Positions 21,183 through 31,402 of a DNA stretch of 64,000 nucleotides are shown one piece after another. The position numbers were made by a program, and so were the translations under genes. Source of the stretch: an uncultured Gemmatimonadales bacterium (GTDB lineage: Bacteria; Gemmatimonadota; Gemmatimonadetes; Gemmatimonadales; GWC2-71-9). Position 1 is the stretch's first letter, and each line of letters begins with the position of its first letter. The stretch spans positions 704,001-768,000 of the forward strand of contig CAWCVB010000002.1 in the NCBI GenBank assembly GCA_963798915.1, in the 5' to 3' direction. Under the pieces are notes generated by a model, which was not told the DNA's origin, did not search any database, and saw only the letters and a list, made by a program, of their open reading frames with translations.

Positions 21183-24100
21183 TCACCCTTGGTCCATCAT
21201 CGTGACCTCGACCGGTTCCTGGTCCCGCAGGACCTCCCGCACCGCCAGGTGCGGCTGCCGGGCGAGCTGCCGTCGGCGCCAGAGCAGGTAGATCGCGGGA
21301 ATGACCGCGAGGGTGAGCACGCTGGCGGTGAGCATGCCACCCACCATGGGCGAGGCGATCCGTCGCATGACGTCCGCCCCCGTTCCTGAACTCCAGAGGA
21401 TCGGCGCCAGGCCGGCGATGATGGCGGTGACCGTCATGACCACAGGGCGGAGCCGCTCCAGCGCGCCGTCCCGGACCGCCGCCACAACATCGGCTGGGCC
21501 CTGCATGCGCCCTTCCAGGCTGCGGCGGTGGAACGCCTCATCCAGGTAGATGAGCATCACGACGCCGGTCTCCGCCGCGACTCCGGCCAGCGCGATAAAG
21601 CCGACCCAGACTGCCACACTGGTGTTGTAGCCCAGCCCCCAGAGGAACCACACGCCGCCCACCAGCGCGAACGGCAGCGCCAGCATCACGATGAGCGCCT
21701 CGGGGACGCTCCTGAAGTTGAAATAGAGAAGCAGGAAGATGATCCCGAGGGTGACGGGAACCACGGTGCGCATCTTGTGGGCGACCCGCTGCATGAACTC
21801 GTACTGCCCGCTCCAGACCAGCGTATATCCGCTGGGCAGCGTAAGCTGCGCGGGCCACCGCCTGCTGCGCATCGCGCACATAGCTGCCCACGTCGCGCTC
21901 GCCGTTGTCCACGAAGATCGTGGTCACCGGGAATGCGTTCTCGGTCTTGACCGCCATCGGTCCCTGGACGATGCGGACCGCGGCCACCTGGCCCAGCGGA
22001 ATCTGCCGGCCGCCCATGGCGGGCACCACCACTTCCTTGAGCTTCTCGACGTTGTCCCGCAGCTCCCGGGGATAGCGCACGTTGACGGCATACCGCTCGC
22101 GCCCCTCAACGGTCATGGCGGCGGTGAGGCCGCCGACGGTGGCCATGATGGCGTTGTGGATATCACCCACGTTGAGTCCGTAGCGCGCCGCCTCGGTCCG
22201 GTCGACGTCGATGTCAACGTAATAGCCGGACACGCCGCGTTCGGCAAAGGCGCTTCGGGTGCCGGGTACGCGCTGCATGATGCGCTCGACCCGCTCACCC
22301 AGCATCTGGAGCGTATCAAGGTCGGGACCGAAGATCTTGATGCCGACGGGGGTGCGGATGCCGGTGGCCAGCATGTCGATCCGTCCCTTGATGGGCATGG
22401 TCCAGGCGTTGGTCACGCCCGGCATCCGGGTGGCCCGGTCCATGGCAGCCACGATCCGCTCATAGGTGAGCCCGGGGCGCCATTCCGACTCGGGCTTCAG
22501 CGTCACGGTCGTCTCATACATGTCCAGCGGGGCAGGGTCAGTGGCCGTTGACGCGCGGCCCACCTTGCCCAGTACTCGTGTCGACTTCCGGGAACGATGC
22601 TAGCACGCTGTCCTGGTAGCGCATGATGTCGCGTGCCTGCGCGATCGACACGCCGGGTACGGTCGTGGGCATGAAGAGGATCGTGCCCTCATGCAGCGGC
22701 GGCATGAACTCGCTGCCGAGGCGGCGCCACGGCAGAATCGTGAGCGCGAGCACGGCCACCGCTGACAGGATGACGGTCCACGGTCGTCGAAGCGCGAAGT
22801 CGATCACGGGCCGGTAGAGCCGCTGCAGGATGCGGTTGACCGGGTTCTCCCGCTCCGGGCGGATGTTTCCCCGGACCAGATATCCCATCAGCACGGGCAC
22901 CAGCGTGATCGACAGCAACGCCGCTCCGGCCATCGCAAAGGTCTTGGTAAACGCCAGCGGCTTGAAGAGCCGGCCTTCCTGCTGCTCCAGGCTGAAGACC
23001 GGCAGGAAGCTGAAGGTGATGATGAGCAGGGAAAAGAAGAGCGGCGGCCCCACCTGCTTGGCGCTCTCCAGCACGATCTCCCATCGCGACGTGCCCGGCT
23101 GCGCCCGCTCCAGGTGCTTGTGCATGTTCTCGATCATGACGATTGCCGCGTCCACCATGGCGCCGATGGCGATGGCGATGCCGCCCAGGCTCATGATGTT
23201 GGCATTCACCCCGATGGCGCGCATCACCAGGAAGGAGATCAGGATGCCCAATGGCAGGGTGATGATCGCGACCAGCGCCGAGCGGAAATGCAGCAGGAAG
23301 AGCATGGCCACCGCGGCGACGATCAGCGATTCTTCGATCAGCTTGTTCCGCAGGGTCTCGACCGCCCGGTGAATGAGGTCGCTGCGGTCGTAGGCGGTGA
23401 CGAGGCGCACACCGGCCGGGAGGCCGCGTTGAATGTCGGCGAGACGCGCCTTGACTGCCTCGATGGTCTTGAGCGCATCGGAGCCGAAGCGCATGACCAC
23501 AATGCCCGCCACCACCTCGCCCTTTCCATTGAGATCCGCCGCTCCCCGCCTCGGCGCTGGACCTACCTGAACATTGGCGACGTCGGCCACCCGGATGGGC
23601 GTCCCGTTCATGGTGGCGCCGACGGTAACGTCCTCGATGTCGGCCACGCCCTGGAGATAGCCCAGGCCGCGGATCATGTACTCCCGTCCGCCCATTTCCA
23701 GCACGCGGGCGCCGATGTCCACGTTGTGCGATCCGATTGCCTGTGCCACTCGTGTGACCGGGATGCTGAAGGCCCGCAGCCGCTCCGGGTCCACCTCCAC
23801 TTGATACTGTTTCTGGAATCCGCCCAGGCTCGCCACTTCGGACACGCCGGGAACCGCGGTGAGCTGGTAACGGATGTACCAGTCCTGGAGCGTCCTGAGC
23901 TGCGCCAGGTCCAGACTGTCGGACTCCAGCACGTACTCGAAGACCCAGCCCACGCCCGTGGCATCGGGACCCAGCGTCGGCTCCACCCCAGCGGGAAGGT
24001 TCTTCTGCACGCCATTCAGGTACTCCAGCACCCGGCTGCGGGCCCAGTAGATGTCGGTGCCGTCCTCGAAGATCACGTACACAAGACTGAGCCCGAAGAA

Positions 24101-24358
24101 CGAATAGCCCCGCACCACCCGCGCACCGGGCACCTTGAGCATCTCGGACGTGATGGGATAGGTGACCTGGTCCTCGACAATGCCCGGGGCCTGTTCAGCA
24201 AAGTCGGTCTGGATGATGACCTGGACGTCCGACAGGTCTGGAATGGCGTCGAGCGGGGTGCTGCGCATGGCCCATACACCGCCAGCGACCAGCGCGACGG
24301 TTGCCAGCAGGACCAGGAAGCGGTTCCGCAGCGACCAGGCAATGATGGCGTTAATCAT
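21183..24358 (-). CDS. cusA: CusA/SilA-type heavy-metal RND efflux permease, frameshifted near 22580 and 21855
   Basis: DAIPDLSDVQV, LGPDATGVGW, GAMVDAAIVMIEN, FMPPLHEG, ATDPAPLDMYET, WTMPIKGRIDML, ERLRPVVMT spread over three frames. Confidence 0.9.
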
Positions 24359-25577
24359 GGGAATGTCCCGCCTCGGCGGATGACGGCGACGGATTCACAT
24401 GCTGCATGCCCGGCATCGAGGCACCGGTGGTACCCAGGCGCGATTCGGCGTCCACCAGGAAGTTGGCGGAGCCGACAATCATCTCTCCGTCCTGCAACCC
24501 GCTCAGGACCTGGACGCGCTCACCCGCGCGGGCGCCGAGCACGATCTCGCGCGGCGAGAGCATGCCGCCCGAGTCGCGCACGAAGACCAGGTTCCGTTCA
24601 CCGGTGGCGATCACGGCGGCCGTGGGCACCGAGAGGTACCGTTCGCTGAGGTCGGAGTCGAAGTAGATGGTGGCGAACATGCCCGGTTTGAGACGGAGGT
24701 CGCGGTTGGGCACCGTGACCCGCACCCGGTTGGTGCGGCTATGCACGTCCACCGTCGGATACACGAAGCTCACGCGTCCCATCACATGCTCGCCCGGGTA
24801 GGCCGACACCTCGATGTGCGCCTGGGTGCCGGTGCGAACGAACTTGAGGTCCTGCTCGAACATCTCGCCTTCCACCCAGACGTCGCGCAGGTCGGCGACG
24901 CGATAGAGCTTCTCGCCCGGCATCACCCGCTGACCCAGCAGGACGTTCTTCTCCAGCACAATGCCATCGACCGGCGACACCAGCGCCAGCGTCTTGGTGA
25001 CCTCGCCGGTCCGCTCCAACCGGGCGATCTGGCCCGGCGAGATATCCCACCATGCCAGCCGCCGCCGGGCGGATTCCAGCGTGGCCTGGGCGCCGATCCA
25101 CGCCTCGCCGGCCGAGCTGTCCACCGCCTGCGCCAGTCGCCGGGCCGTGAGGAACTCCTCCTGCGCGGCAACCAGGTCGGGACTATAGATCGAGAGCAGG
25201 GGCTGGCCCCGATGCACCGACTCGCCGGTGGTGTTGACGTCGAGTCGTTCGACATACCCGGTCACCTTGGGGGTGACATCGGCGACATTCTGCTCCGGCG
25301 CCAGAATTTCACCCACCGTGCGGATGGTTCTGGTGAGCGGTTCCCGCCCGACCCGGGTATAAGTCACGCCCAGCGCCTGCTCCTGCTGCGCTGTCAGATG
25401 CACCGGCTGGCGGACGGCGGCACCCGTGCTGTCCATGGCACCCTGTGTCCCTCCCGCCTGCATTCGTGCATGCTCGTCGGGGGTCATCCCCGTCATGGTC
25501 GATCCTGGTTCGGGAGACTTGCCGCACCCGGTGATGCCCAGGGCCACGATCAGCGCCGCGCTCAGCATCGTTCTCAT
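24351..25577 (-). CDS. cusB: RND periplasmic adaptor (CusB-like)
   Basis: Lipobox ITGC, Met/His-rich termini, YSPDLVAAQEEFL, LKPGMFA, FLVDAESRL; overlaps the cusA start. Confidence 0.9.
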   Translation of the reverse strand: MRTMLSAALIVALGITGCGKSPEPGSTMTGMTPDEHARMQAGGTQGAMDSTGAAVRQPVHLTAQQEQALGVTYTRVGREPLTRTIRTVGEILAPEQNVADVTPKVTGYVERLDVNTTGESVHRGQPLLSIYSPDLVAAQEEFLTARRLAQAVDSSAGEAWIGAQATLESARRRLAWWDISPGQIARLERTGEVTKTLALVSPVDGIVLEKNVLLGQRVMPGEKLYRVADLRDVWVEGEMFEQDLKFVRTGTQAHIEVSAYPGEHVMGRVSFVYPTVDVHSRTNRVRVTVPNRDLRLKPGMFATIYFDSDLSERYLSVPTAAVIATGERNLVFVRDSGGMLSPREIVLGARAGERVQVLSGLQDGEMIVGSANFLVDAESRLGTTGASMPGMQHVNPSPSSAEAGHSHD

Positions 25578-26858
25578 CAGTCCAGTTCCTCCGTACCCAG
25601 CAAGGCGCCGATGCGTGCCCTGGCCTGCTGCCAGGATGCTGCGAGGCGCAACACATCGATCTCGTATTGATTCACGGTCATTTCATTCTGGATCAGCGTC
25701 TGGAAATCGACCCGGCCGACCCGGTACGCGGAGAGCGCCGACTCCACCGCGGCGCGCGCCTGGGGCAGGATCGCCGTTCGGTACAGATCGGCCAGCTGCC
25801 GTGCCTGTTCGGCCTCGGCGCGTTGCTCGGTCAATTGAGCCCAGGTCTCGTTGTAGAGATTCTGTGCGTTCGCCTCCGCCCGGGCCTGGGTGGCGGCCAT
25901 CTCCCGACGCAGGGGGAGCTGGCGCTTGCCGGCCCAGATGGGAAGACTCACGCCCAGCGCGATACTGACCATGTCATCGAATTGGGGTCGCTGGCCGTAG
26001 CCCACGGAGAGCATCAGATCGGGGTAGAGAGTTCGGCGTGCCGCACGGTAGCCGGCGTGCGCGGCCTGCACTCGTTCGGAGGCGGCCGCCAGTGCGGGCC
26101 GGTGGCGCAGGGCGACCGCAATGAGGGAGTCCGCTGATGGCAGCAGGTCTCCTGGCGCTGGAAGGACCAATGCACCGACTGGCTCGGTTGCGTTCCGGCC
26201 CAGCAGCGCGTTGAACCGGGCCGCCGTCGCCTCACGCTGCTGCTCGAGCGTGGCGATGTCGCCACTCATCCGGGCGATGGCCACCTGGGCCTGCAGTACG
26301 TCCTGCTGCAGGCCCTCGCCGCTCGCGTATCGACTCTGGGAGACCCGGAAGAAATCGCGCAGCAGATCCCGGGTCCGATTCATCACCGTGAGTGCCCGGT
26401 CCATGGAAGCCAGTGCATAGTAGGAGACGGTGACCTGGGCGGTGAGCTGCAGGTCGGCCTCATCGGCCTCCAGCGCCCCGGCGCGCGAGAGATGCACCGA
26501 TTGGTCCCGCTCCAGGCCGAGCTTGCCCGGCCAGGGCAGCATCTGGGTCACGGTCGCCTGATTCATGGTCATCGCCTCGCCGGTGCCAAATCCGGTTATC
26601 GGGCGGTTCATGAGTCCCAAGGTGAGCCGCGGGTCTGGAAGGACCCCCATGCGGGACGCCCGTTCCGCATCGGCCAGCGCCGTGCTGCGCGCGGCCTTGA
26701 GCGCCGGGTTCTGCTGGTGGGCGAGACGCACGGCGTCGTCCAGTCGCAGGGTGTCACCGGCCGAGCATCTGCGCAGCAAGTCGAGCCGGGCTCAGCAGGG
26801 CGATCGTGAACACCAGGCCCAGAGACAGCGGGCCGGTGCATAGTCTTGGCAGGGACAT
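25577..26858 (-). CDS. TolC family outer-membrane factor (CusC-like), frameshift near 26765
   Basis: GAGGAGAGGT RBS, then ATG 26858 encoding signal peptide MSLPRLCTGPLSLGLVFTIALLSPARLAAQ; body in another frame (LPDPRL, PWPGKL, QQDVLQAQV, YRVGRVDF). Confidence 0.85.
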
Positions 26859-26946
26859 ACCTCTCCTCGTCCGCGAGCGATGATTGAGCGTAGGACCCGG
26901 CGCGCCGACCTTCGACGCGACGGGACACACATCAACTGGGAGAGGT
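26859..26946 (-). promoter_or_regulatory. stem-loop sequestering the RBS of the TolC-like gene
   Basis: On the mRNA, ACCUCUCC (+ coordinates 26939-26946) is complementary to GGAGAGGU (+ coordinates 26859-26866). An inner hairpin CCCG-u-CGCGUCGA-agg-UCGGCGCG-c-CGGG lies between them. Confidence 0.7.
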
Positions 26947-27278
26947 CAGGCTTGGGGAGGCGGTGGGAGCGGTGCGGCGACGTCGGCCGGGAGGAGTCGG
27001 TCGGTATCCTCGACCGAGATACGATGCACAGGCATGGCAAACAACACGGTCAGCACTGATGGCAGCCCAGCCGCCGAAGGCAGGTTGCATGGGGTCGGCA
27101 TGGAGCATTCGGTCGAGGATGGCGCGCTTGGCATCGTTGGCATGTGACCACGTGCTGTCGCCGCCTGGTGGCAGGCAGCGGCGGGCGCCATGCGGCACAG
27201 CGCCGGGGTGGCGACTGAGAACAGCTGCGCCACGAACAACAGAGCTGTCAGCATCCGAGCAATCAGCACGAGCCGCAC
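26946..27278 (-). CDS. CutF/CruR(DUF2946)-like leader protein: signal segment, Cys/His/Met cluster, C-terminal polyproline
   Basis: Hydrophobic N-terminus, LCRMAPAAACH..HMPTM, ECSMPTPC, ends APLPPPPQA*. True start may be GTG 27269 (8 nt after GAGGAG). Confidence 0.7.
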   Translation of the reverse strand: MRLVLIARMLTALLFVAQLFSVATPALCRMAPAAACHQAATARGHMPTMPSAPSSTECSMPTPCNLPSAAGLPSVLTVLFAMPVHRISVEDTDRLLPADVAAPLPPPPQA

Positions 27279-27682
27279 TCCTCACTTCAATCCTCACGCG
27301 CCCGAACGGCGATCCGGACCACCGGCCGGTTGAAGCCAAATCTGGCCCACGTGCCTGTGAATTGCGTGAAAGGTTCGTGAACCGTCGTTCAAGGTATCGG
27401 ATTGTCACCCGCCATGCCTCGCCAGCGGCGGCGCACTGAAGCGTGACGGCGGCACTGTCGCCGGCATGCCGCGCGAGGGTTGGCGCCATCGCACGCATGG
27501 TCCGACCGACCCGGACGCACAACCGGTTGACCAGGAGACAGTTAGGGACACAGGTCGGCTGGGTTGCAGGACGGGTTGCACGTGCTCCGTAACGGGTGGT
27601 CGACCGGGCTGTTCGCGTATTGTCGGGCGCCGCAACCGGTCGCTGCGTCGCGCCCCGCCTGCCCAGCTGCTACCCTTGTCCC

Positions 27683-28531
27683 ATGGCTACTCCTGTTCTC
27701 ACGCGCCATGTGCTTCCTGGCGCGCTTGGCGATCTCTTCATTGACGTGCGCGCGGCTGGTCGCGCATCGCCCCGGCCCGCCGTTGTCATGGTCCATGGTT
27801 TCAAGGGGTTCAAGGACTGGGGGTTCTGGCCTCCCTTCGCCGAACGGCTGGCACGCGCCGGCTTCTCGGCCGTGAGCTTCAACATGAGCGGTAGTGGCGT
27901 GGATGCCGACGGCAACCCGACGCTGGGCCAGCGCTTCTCCCACAACACCTTTTCCGCCGACCTCGCTGACCTGGCTGCCGTCGTGGACGCCGTCACTGAT
28001 GGCGCGCTCGGCATGGCGCCACCTTCGGCGCTGGGGCTGGTTGGCCATTCACGCGGCGGCGGTATCAGCATTCTGCACGCCGCGCAGGACCCACGCATCA
28101 GAGCGCTGGTGACGTGGGCCGCAATCGCCAGCACCAATCGGTGGGGTCCCGAGACGCGAAAACGATGGCGCGCTGCAGGGTTCCTGAATGTCACCAACGC
28201 CCGCACCGGCCAGGTGCTGCCGATGTTCACTGAGCTGCTCGACGACGTCGAGCGCCACGCAGACTCCCTCGATGTCATACGGGCGGCGTCGAGCATCACC
28301 ATACCGTGGCTCATCGTTCATGGCCGGCAGGATGAAACAGTCTCGTTTGCTGACGCGGAATCGCTGCGCGCTGCCGCCACCAACGGTGCTACCACACTGC
28401 TCGCGATGGACACCGGTCATACATTTGGTGCCGCACACCCGTGGCGTCCGGCACCGGCTGCGGAACAACTCTTTGCCGACAGCGTCAGGTTTCTTGGACA
28501 TGCGCTGGTTGATGGAGGAGCCGCACCCTGA
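27683..28531 (+). CDS. alpha/beta fold hydrolase
   Basis: HGFKGFKDWG, GHSRGG nucleophile elbow, HGRQDETV, GHTF. Confidence 0.92.
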   Translation: MATPVLTRHVLPGALGDLFIDVRAAGRASPRPAVVMVHGFKGFKDWGFWPPFAERLARAGFSAVSFNMSGSGVDADGNPTLGQRFSHNTFSADLADLAAVVDAVTDGALGMAPPSALGLVGHSRGGGISILHAAQDPRIRALVTWAAIASTNRWGPETRKRWRAAGFLNVTNARTGQVLPMFTELLDDVERHADSLDVIRAASSITIPWLIVHGRQDETVSFADAESLRAAATNGATTLLAMDTGHTFGAAHPWRPAPAAEQLFADSVRFLGHALVDGGAAP

Positions 28532-28533
28532 AC

Positions 28534-29097
28534 ATGTCGCGTGTGCGGCTCGCGGCCCGGCTGGCGCAGCGAATGCCACGGGAGCATCACGGCACCGGCC
28601 GGTCATGGGCCGCTGTGTCGCTGATCCTGGCGCCTGCTCCGGAGTCGCTTCTGCTGATCCGGAGGGCTGAGCGCGGGGGCGACCCCTGGTCCGGGCATGT
28701 GGCCTTGCCGGGCGGGCGACGCGAGGCCAGCGATGTGGACCTGGCCGCAACCGCAATCCGCGAGACATCCGAAGAGGTCGGCATCGCGCTCGATCGCTCA
28801 CAGCTGCTGGGAACGCTGGACGACGTGGCGCCGGTGACGCCCGTGCTGCCGGCCATCGCGGTCCGGCCATTTGTCTTTGCGCTCGACGCCCAGCCGGCGC
28901 TGGTGCTCAGTCCCGAAGTGGCCACCGCGCACTGGGAGCCACTCAGCGCACTGTTGCATGCGGATGCAAAGGGGGAGCTGGAGCTCGCGCTCGCAGGCGG
29001 GGTGCGTCGGGTTCCGGCCTACTCCACCAGCGCCGGCCAACTCTGGGGCATGACCGAGCGGATCCTGGATGGGTTCCTGCCGATGCTGGGCACCTGA
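28534..29097 (+). CDS. CoA pyrophosphatase (NUDIX)
   Basis: DPWSGHVALPGG, TAIRETSEEVG, LWGMT. Confidence 0.9.
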   Translation: MSRVRLAARLAQRMPREHHGTGRSWAAVSLILAPAPESLLLIRRAERGGDPWSGHVALPGGRREASDVDLAATAIRETSEEVGIALDRSQLLGTLDDVAPVTPVLPAIAVRPFVFALDAQPALVLSPEVATAHWEPLSALLHADAKGELELALAGGVRRVPAYSTSAGQLWGMTERILDGFLPMLGT

Positions 29098-29119
29098 GGT
29101 CAAGGATGTTGGGCCACCC

Positions 29120-29236
29120 GATTACTTCGCACGCCATCGGCGTGCTCGCAATGACGGGCAGGTGAGCTACTCCCTCCAACTCGCCGTCTCGCCGTCTCGC
29201 CGTCTCGCCATCGCGCCGTCTCGCCAACTCGCCGTC
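29120..29236. repeat. REP-like half element (GATTACTTCG...CTCGCAATGAC) followed by a CTCGCCGT 8-mer array
   Basis: Internal hairpin CACGCC-atc-GGCGTG; about 7 degenerate CTCGCCGT units at about 29180-29236. Confidence 0.75.
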
Positions 29237-29255
29237 TTCTTTTGCCCACCACAAC

Positions 29256-29297
29256 TTGACATCTTTTTCGTCTATCATAAGATTTAGTCATGCCTAA
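29256..29297 (+). promoter_or_regulatory. sigma70 promoter with overlapping DtxR/MntR-type operator
   Basis: TTGACA (29256-61), 16 bp spacer, TAAGAT (29278-83); palindrome TTAGTCATGCCTAA (29284-97). Confidence 0.75.
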
Positions 29298-29312
29298 CTC
29301 TCGGGGAGTCCG

Positions 29313-29999
29313 GTGACCGCCTCCGGTCCGGCTGATGCCTATACCAGGTCGGTCGAGGATTATCTCAAGGCCGTCTACCGGCTGTCATCCGACGAGCGCG
29401 CCGCATCCACCACCGAAATTGCCCAGCGGCTGGCGCTGTCGCCCGCGTCGGTCAGCGCCATGATCAAGCGCCTGGCCGAACAGGGCCTGGTGGAACATGA
29501 GCGCTATCGCGGAGTGCGCCTCACGTCCGAGGGGCGGCGCGCCGCGCTGCGCATTGTCCGCCGCCACCGGCTGGTTGAGACCTATCTGGTCGAGTTTCTC
29601 GGGTATGACTGGGACAACGTCCACGCCGAGGCGGAAAAGCTGGAGCATGCCATGTCGGATGCGCTGGTGGAGCGGATGGCTGCGGCGCTCGGGCATCCTT
29701 CGTTTGACCCGCATGGCGATCCGATTCCCGCCGCCGACGGCAGCGTGTCCGATGTCAAGGCCACGCCGCTCACCGGAATGGCGCCCGGCGCCTGCGGGGT
29801 GCTTGCCCGGGTGGAGCTGGGTGACTCCGAGCGGCTTCGCTACCTGGGCTCGCTGGGGATCCGGCCGGGGCTCCGGTTCACCGTGCTGGACCGCGCCCCC
29901 TTCGACGGGCCCGTGACGATCGAGACATCGTCGGGCGCCAAGGTGCTGGGCTACGCGATCGCCACTGGATTGCTGTGCATGCCCGAGGCATCGAGATGA
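29313..29999 (+). CDS. mntR: DtxR/MntR family metal-dependent repressor with FeoA domain
   Basis: [34 protein letters not shown]. Confidence 0.93.
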   Translation: MTASGPADAYTRSVEDYLKAVYRLSSDERAASTTEIAQRLALSPASVSAMIKRLAEQGLVEHERYRGVRLTSEGRRAALRIVRRHRLVETYLVEFLGYDWDNVHAEAEKLEHAMSDALVERMAAALGHPSFDPHGDPIPAADGSVSDVKATPLTGMAPGACGVLARVELGDSERLRYLGSLGIRPGLRFTVLDRAPFDGPVTIETSSGAKVLGYAIATGLLCMPEASR

Positions 30000-31354
30000 G
30001 CGCGGCATCGCATCCGCCGGTGGAGGCGCACGTCGGCTGGCGGCGACCGCGCAAGATGCCCAGCCTGCCGGAATCGTATCGCACCATCAAGGTTCCGGGC
30101 GGCCCCGGGTTCTGGCGCAAGGCGCTGGCCTTTGCCGGGCCGGGCTATCTGGTGGCCGTGGGGTATATGGACCCTGGGAACTGGGCCAGCGACCTTGCCG
30201 GTGGGGCCCAGTTCGGGTACACGCTGCTGAGCGTCATCCTGCTCTCCAACCTGATGGCCATGCTGCTGCAGGGACTCGCCGTTCGTCTGGGCATTGGCAC
30301 GGGGCGGGACCTGGCCCAGGCCTGCCGGGACCATTATCCGGTTCCGGTCGCCATGGGGCTGTGGGTGCTCTGCGAAATTGCCATCGCGGCGTGCGACCTG
30401 GCCGAGGTGATCGGCAGCGCCATTGCGCTCAATCTGCTGTTCGGCATTCCCCTGCTGTGGGGCGTGTGCCTCACGGCGCTCGACGTACTGATCATCCTCT
30501 TTCTGCACCAGCGCGGCTTCCGCTGGCTCGAGGCGATCGTGATCGGCTTGATTGCGGTCGTCGGTGCCTGCTTCGCGACCGAGCTGTTTCTGTCCCGGCC
30601 CGACGCAGGCGAGGTGGCGCGCGGACTGCTTCCGACCACGCAGATTCTCTCCAACCCGATGATGCTCTACATCGCCATCGCCATTCTCGGCGCGACGGTG
30701 ATGCCCCACAACCTGTACCTGCATTCGTCCATCGTGCAGACCCGGCAGTTCGGCGACGACCTCGAGTCCCGGCGGGAAGCGATCCGTTTTTCGACCTTCG
30801 ATTCGACGGTTGCGCTGCTGTTCGCCTTCTTCATCAACGGCGCCATCCTCATCCTGAGTGCCGCGACCTTCCACTTCTCCGGCTTCAGCGGCGTCGCCGA
30901 CATCGCGGACGCGCACCGACTGCTGGCGCCCCTCCTGGGCACCACGGCCGCAAGCGTGCTGTTTGCGGTCGCGCTTCTGGCATCAGGGCAGAACTCCACC
31001 ATCACCGGCACGCTGGCGGGCCAGATCGTGATGGAGGGTTTTCTCAACCTCAGGCTGGCGCCCTGGCTGCGCCGGCTGGTCACCCGCGGCATCGCCATCG
31101 TGCCGGCCATCATCGTGACGGCGATCTACGGCGTCAGGGGTACCGTGGCCCTGCTCATCCTCAGCCAGGTCATCCTGTCGTTGCAGCTCTCGTTCGCGGT
31201 GATTCCGCTGGTGCAGTTCACCGGCGACAAGGCCAAGATGGGCCCGCTGGTGATCCGGCCCATCACCAAGGTCGCGGCATGGAGTGTGGCGGGTGTGATT
31301 CTGAGTCTCAATGCCTGGCTGCTGGTGAGCACCTTCCGGGAGTGGCTCTCCTGA
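29996..31354 (+). CDS. mntH: Nramp family Mn2+ transporter
   Basis: [32 protein letters not shown] overlap with mntR. Confidence 0.95.
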   Translation: MSAASHPPVEAHVGWRRPRKMPSLPESYRTIKVPGGPGFWRKALAFAGPGYLVAVGYMDPGNWASDLAGGAQFGYTLLSVILLSNLMAMLLQGLAVRLGIGTGRDLAQACRDHYPVPVAMGLWVLCEIAIAACDLAEVIGSAIALNLLFGIPLLWGVCLTALDVLIILFLHQRGFRWLEAIVIGLIAVVGACFATELFLSRPDAGEVARGLLPTTQILSNPMMLYIAIAILGATVMPHNLYLHSSIVQTRQFGDDLESRREAIRFSTFDSTVALLFAFFINGAILILSAATFHFSGFSGVADIADAHRLLAPLLGTTAASVLFAVALLASGQNSTITGTLAGQIVMEGFLNLRLAPWLRRLVTRGIAIVPAIIVTAIYGVRGTVALLILSQVILSLQLSFAVIPLVQFTGDKAKMGPLVIRPITKVAAWSVAGVILSLNAWLLVSTFREWLS

Positions 31355-31402
31355 GGTTTCGGGCGCATCTTTAGCGGGTCTCCACTCAAGGATCCGCAGA
31401 CC

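Noticed and set aside
21183..26858. Inactivated cus operon (two shifts in cusA, one in the TolC-like gene)
   Set aside because: Same indel pattern as at about 5790 and 34500; sequences otherwise conserved, so more likely artefact than decay.
27279..27682. Additional gene or ncRNA between the leader ORF and the hydrolase
   Set aside because: Candidate ORFs lack RBS or motifs and no convincing structure was found; probably divergent promoter DNA.
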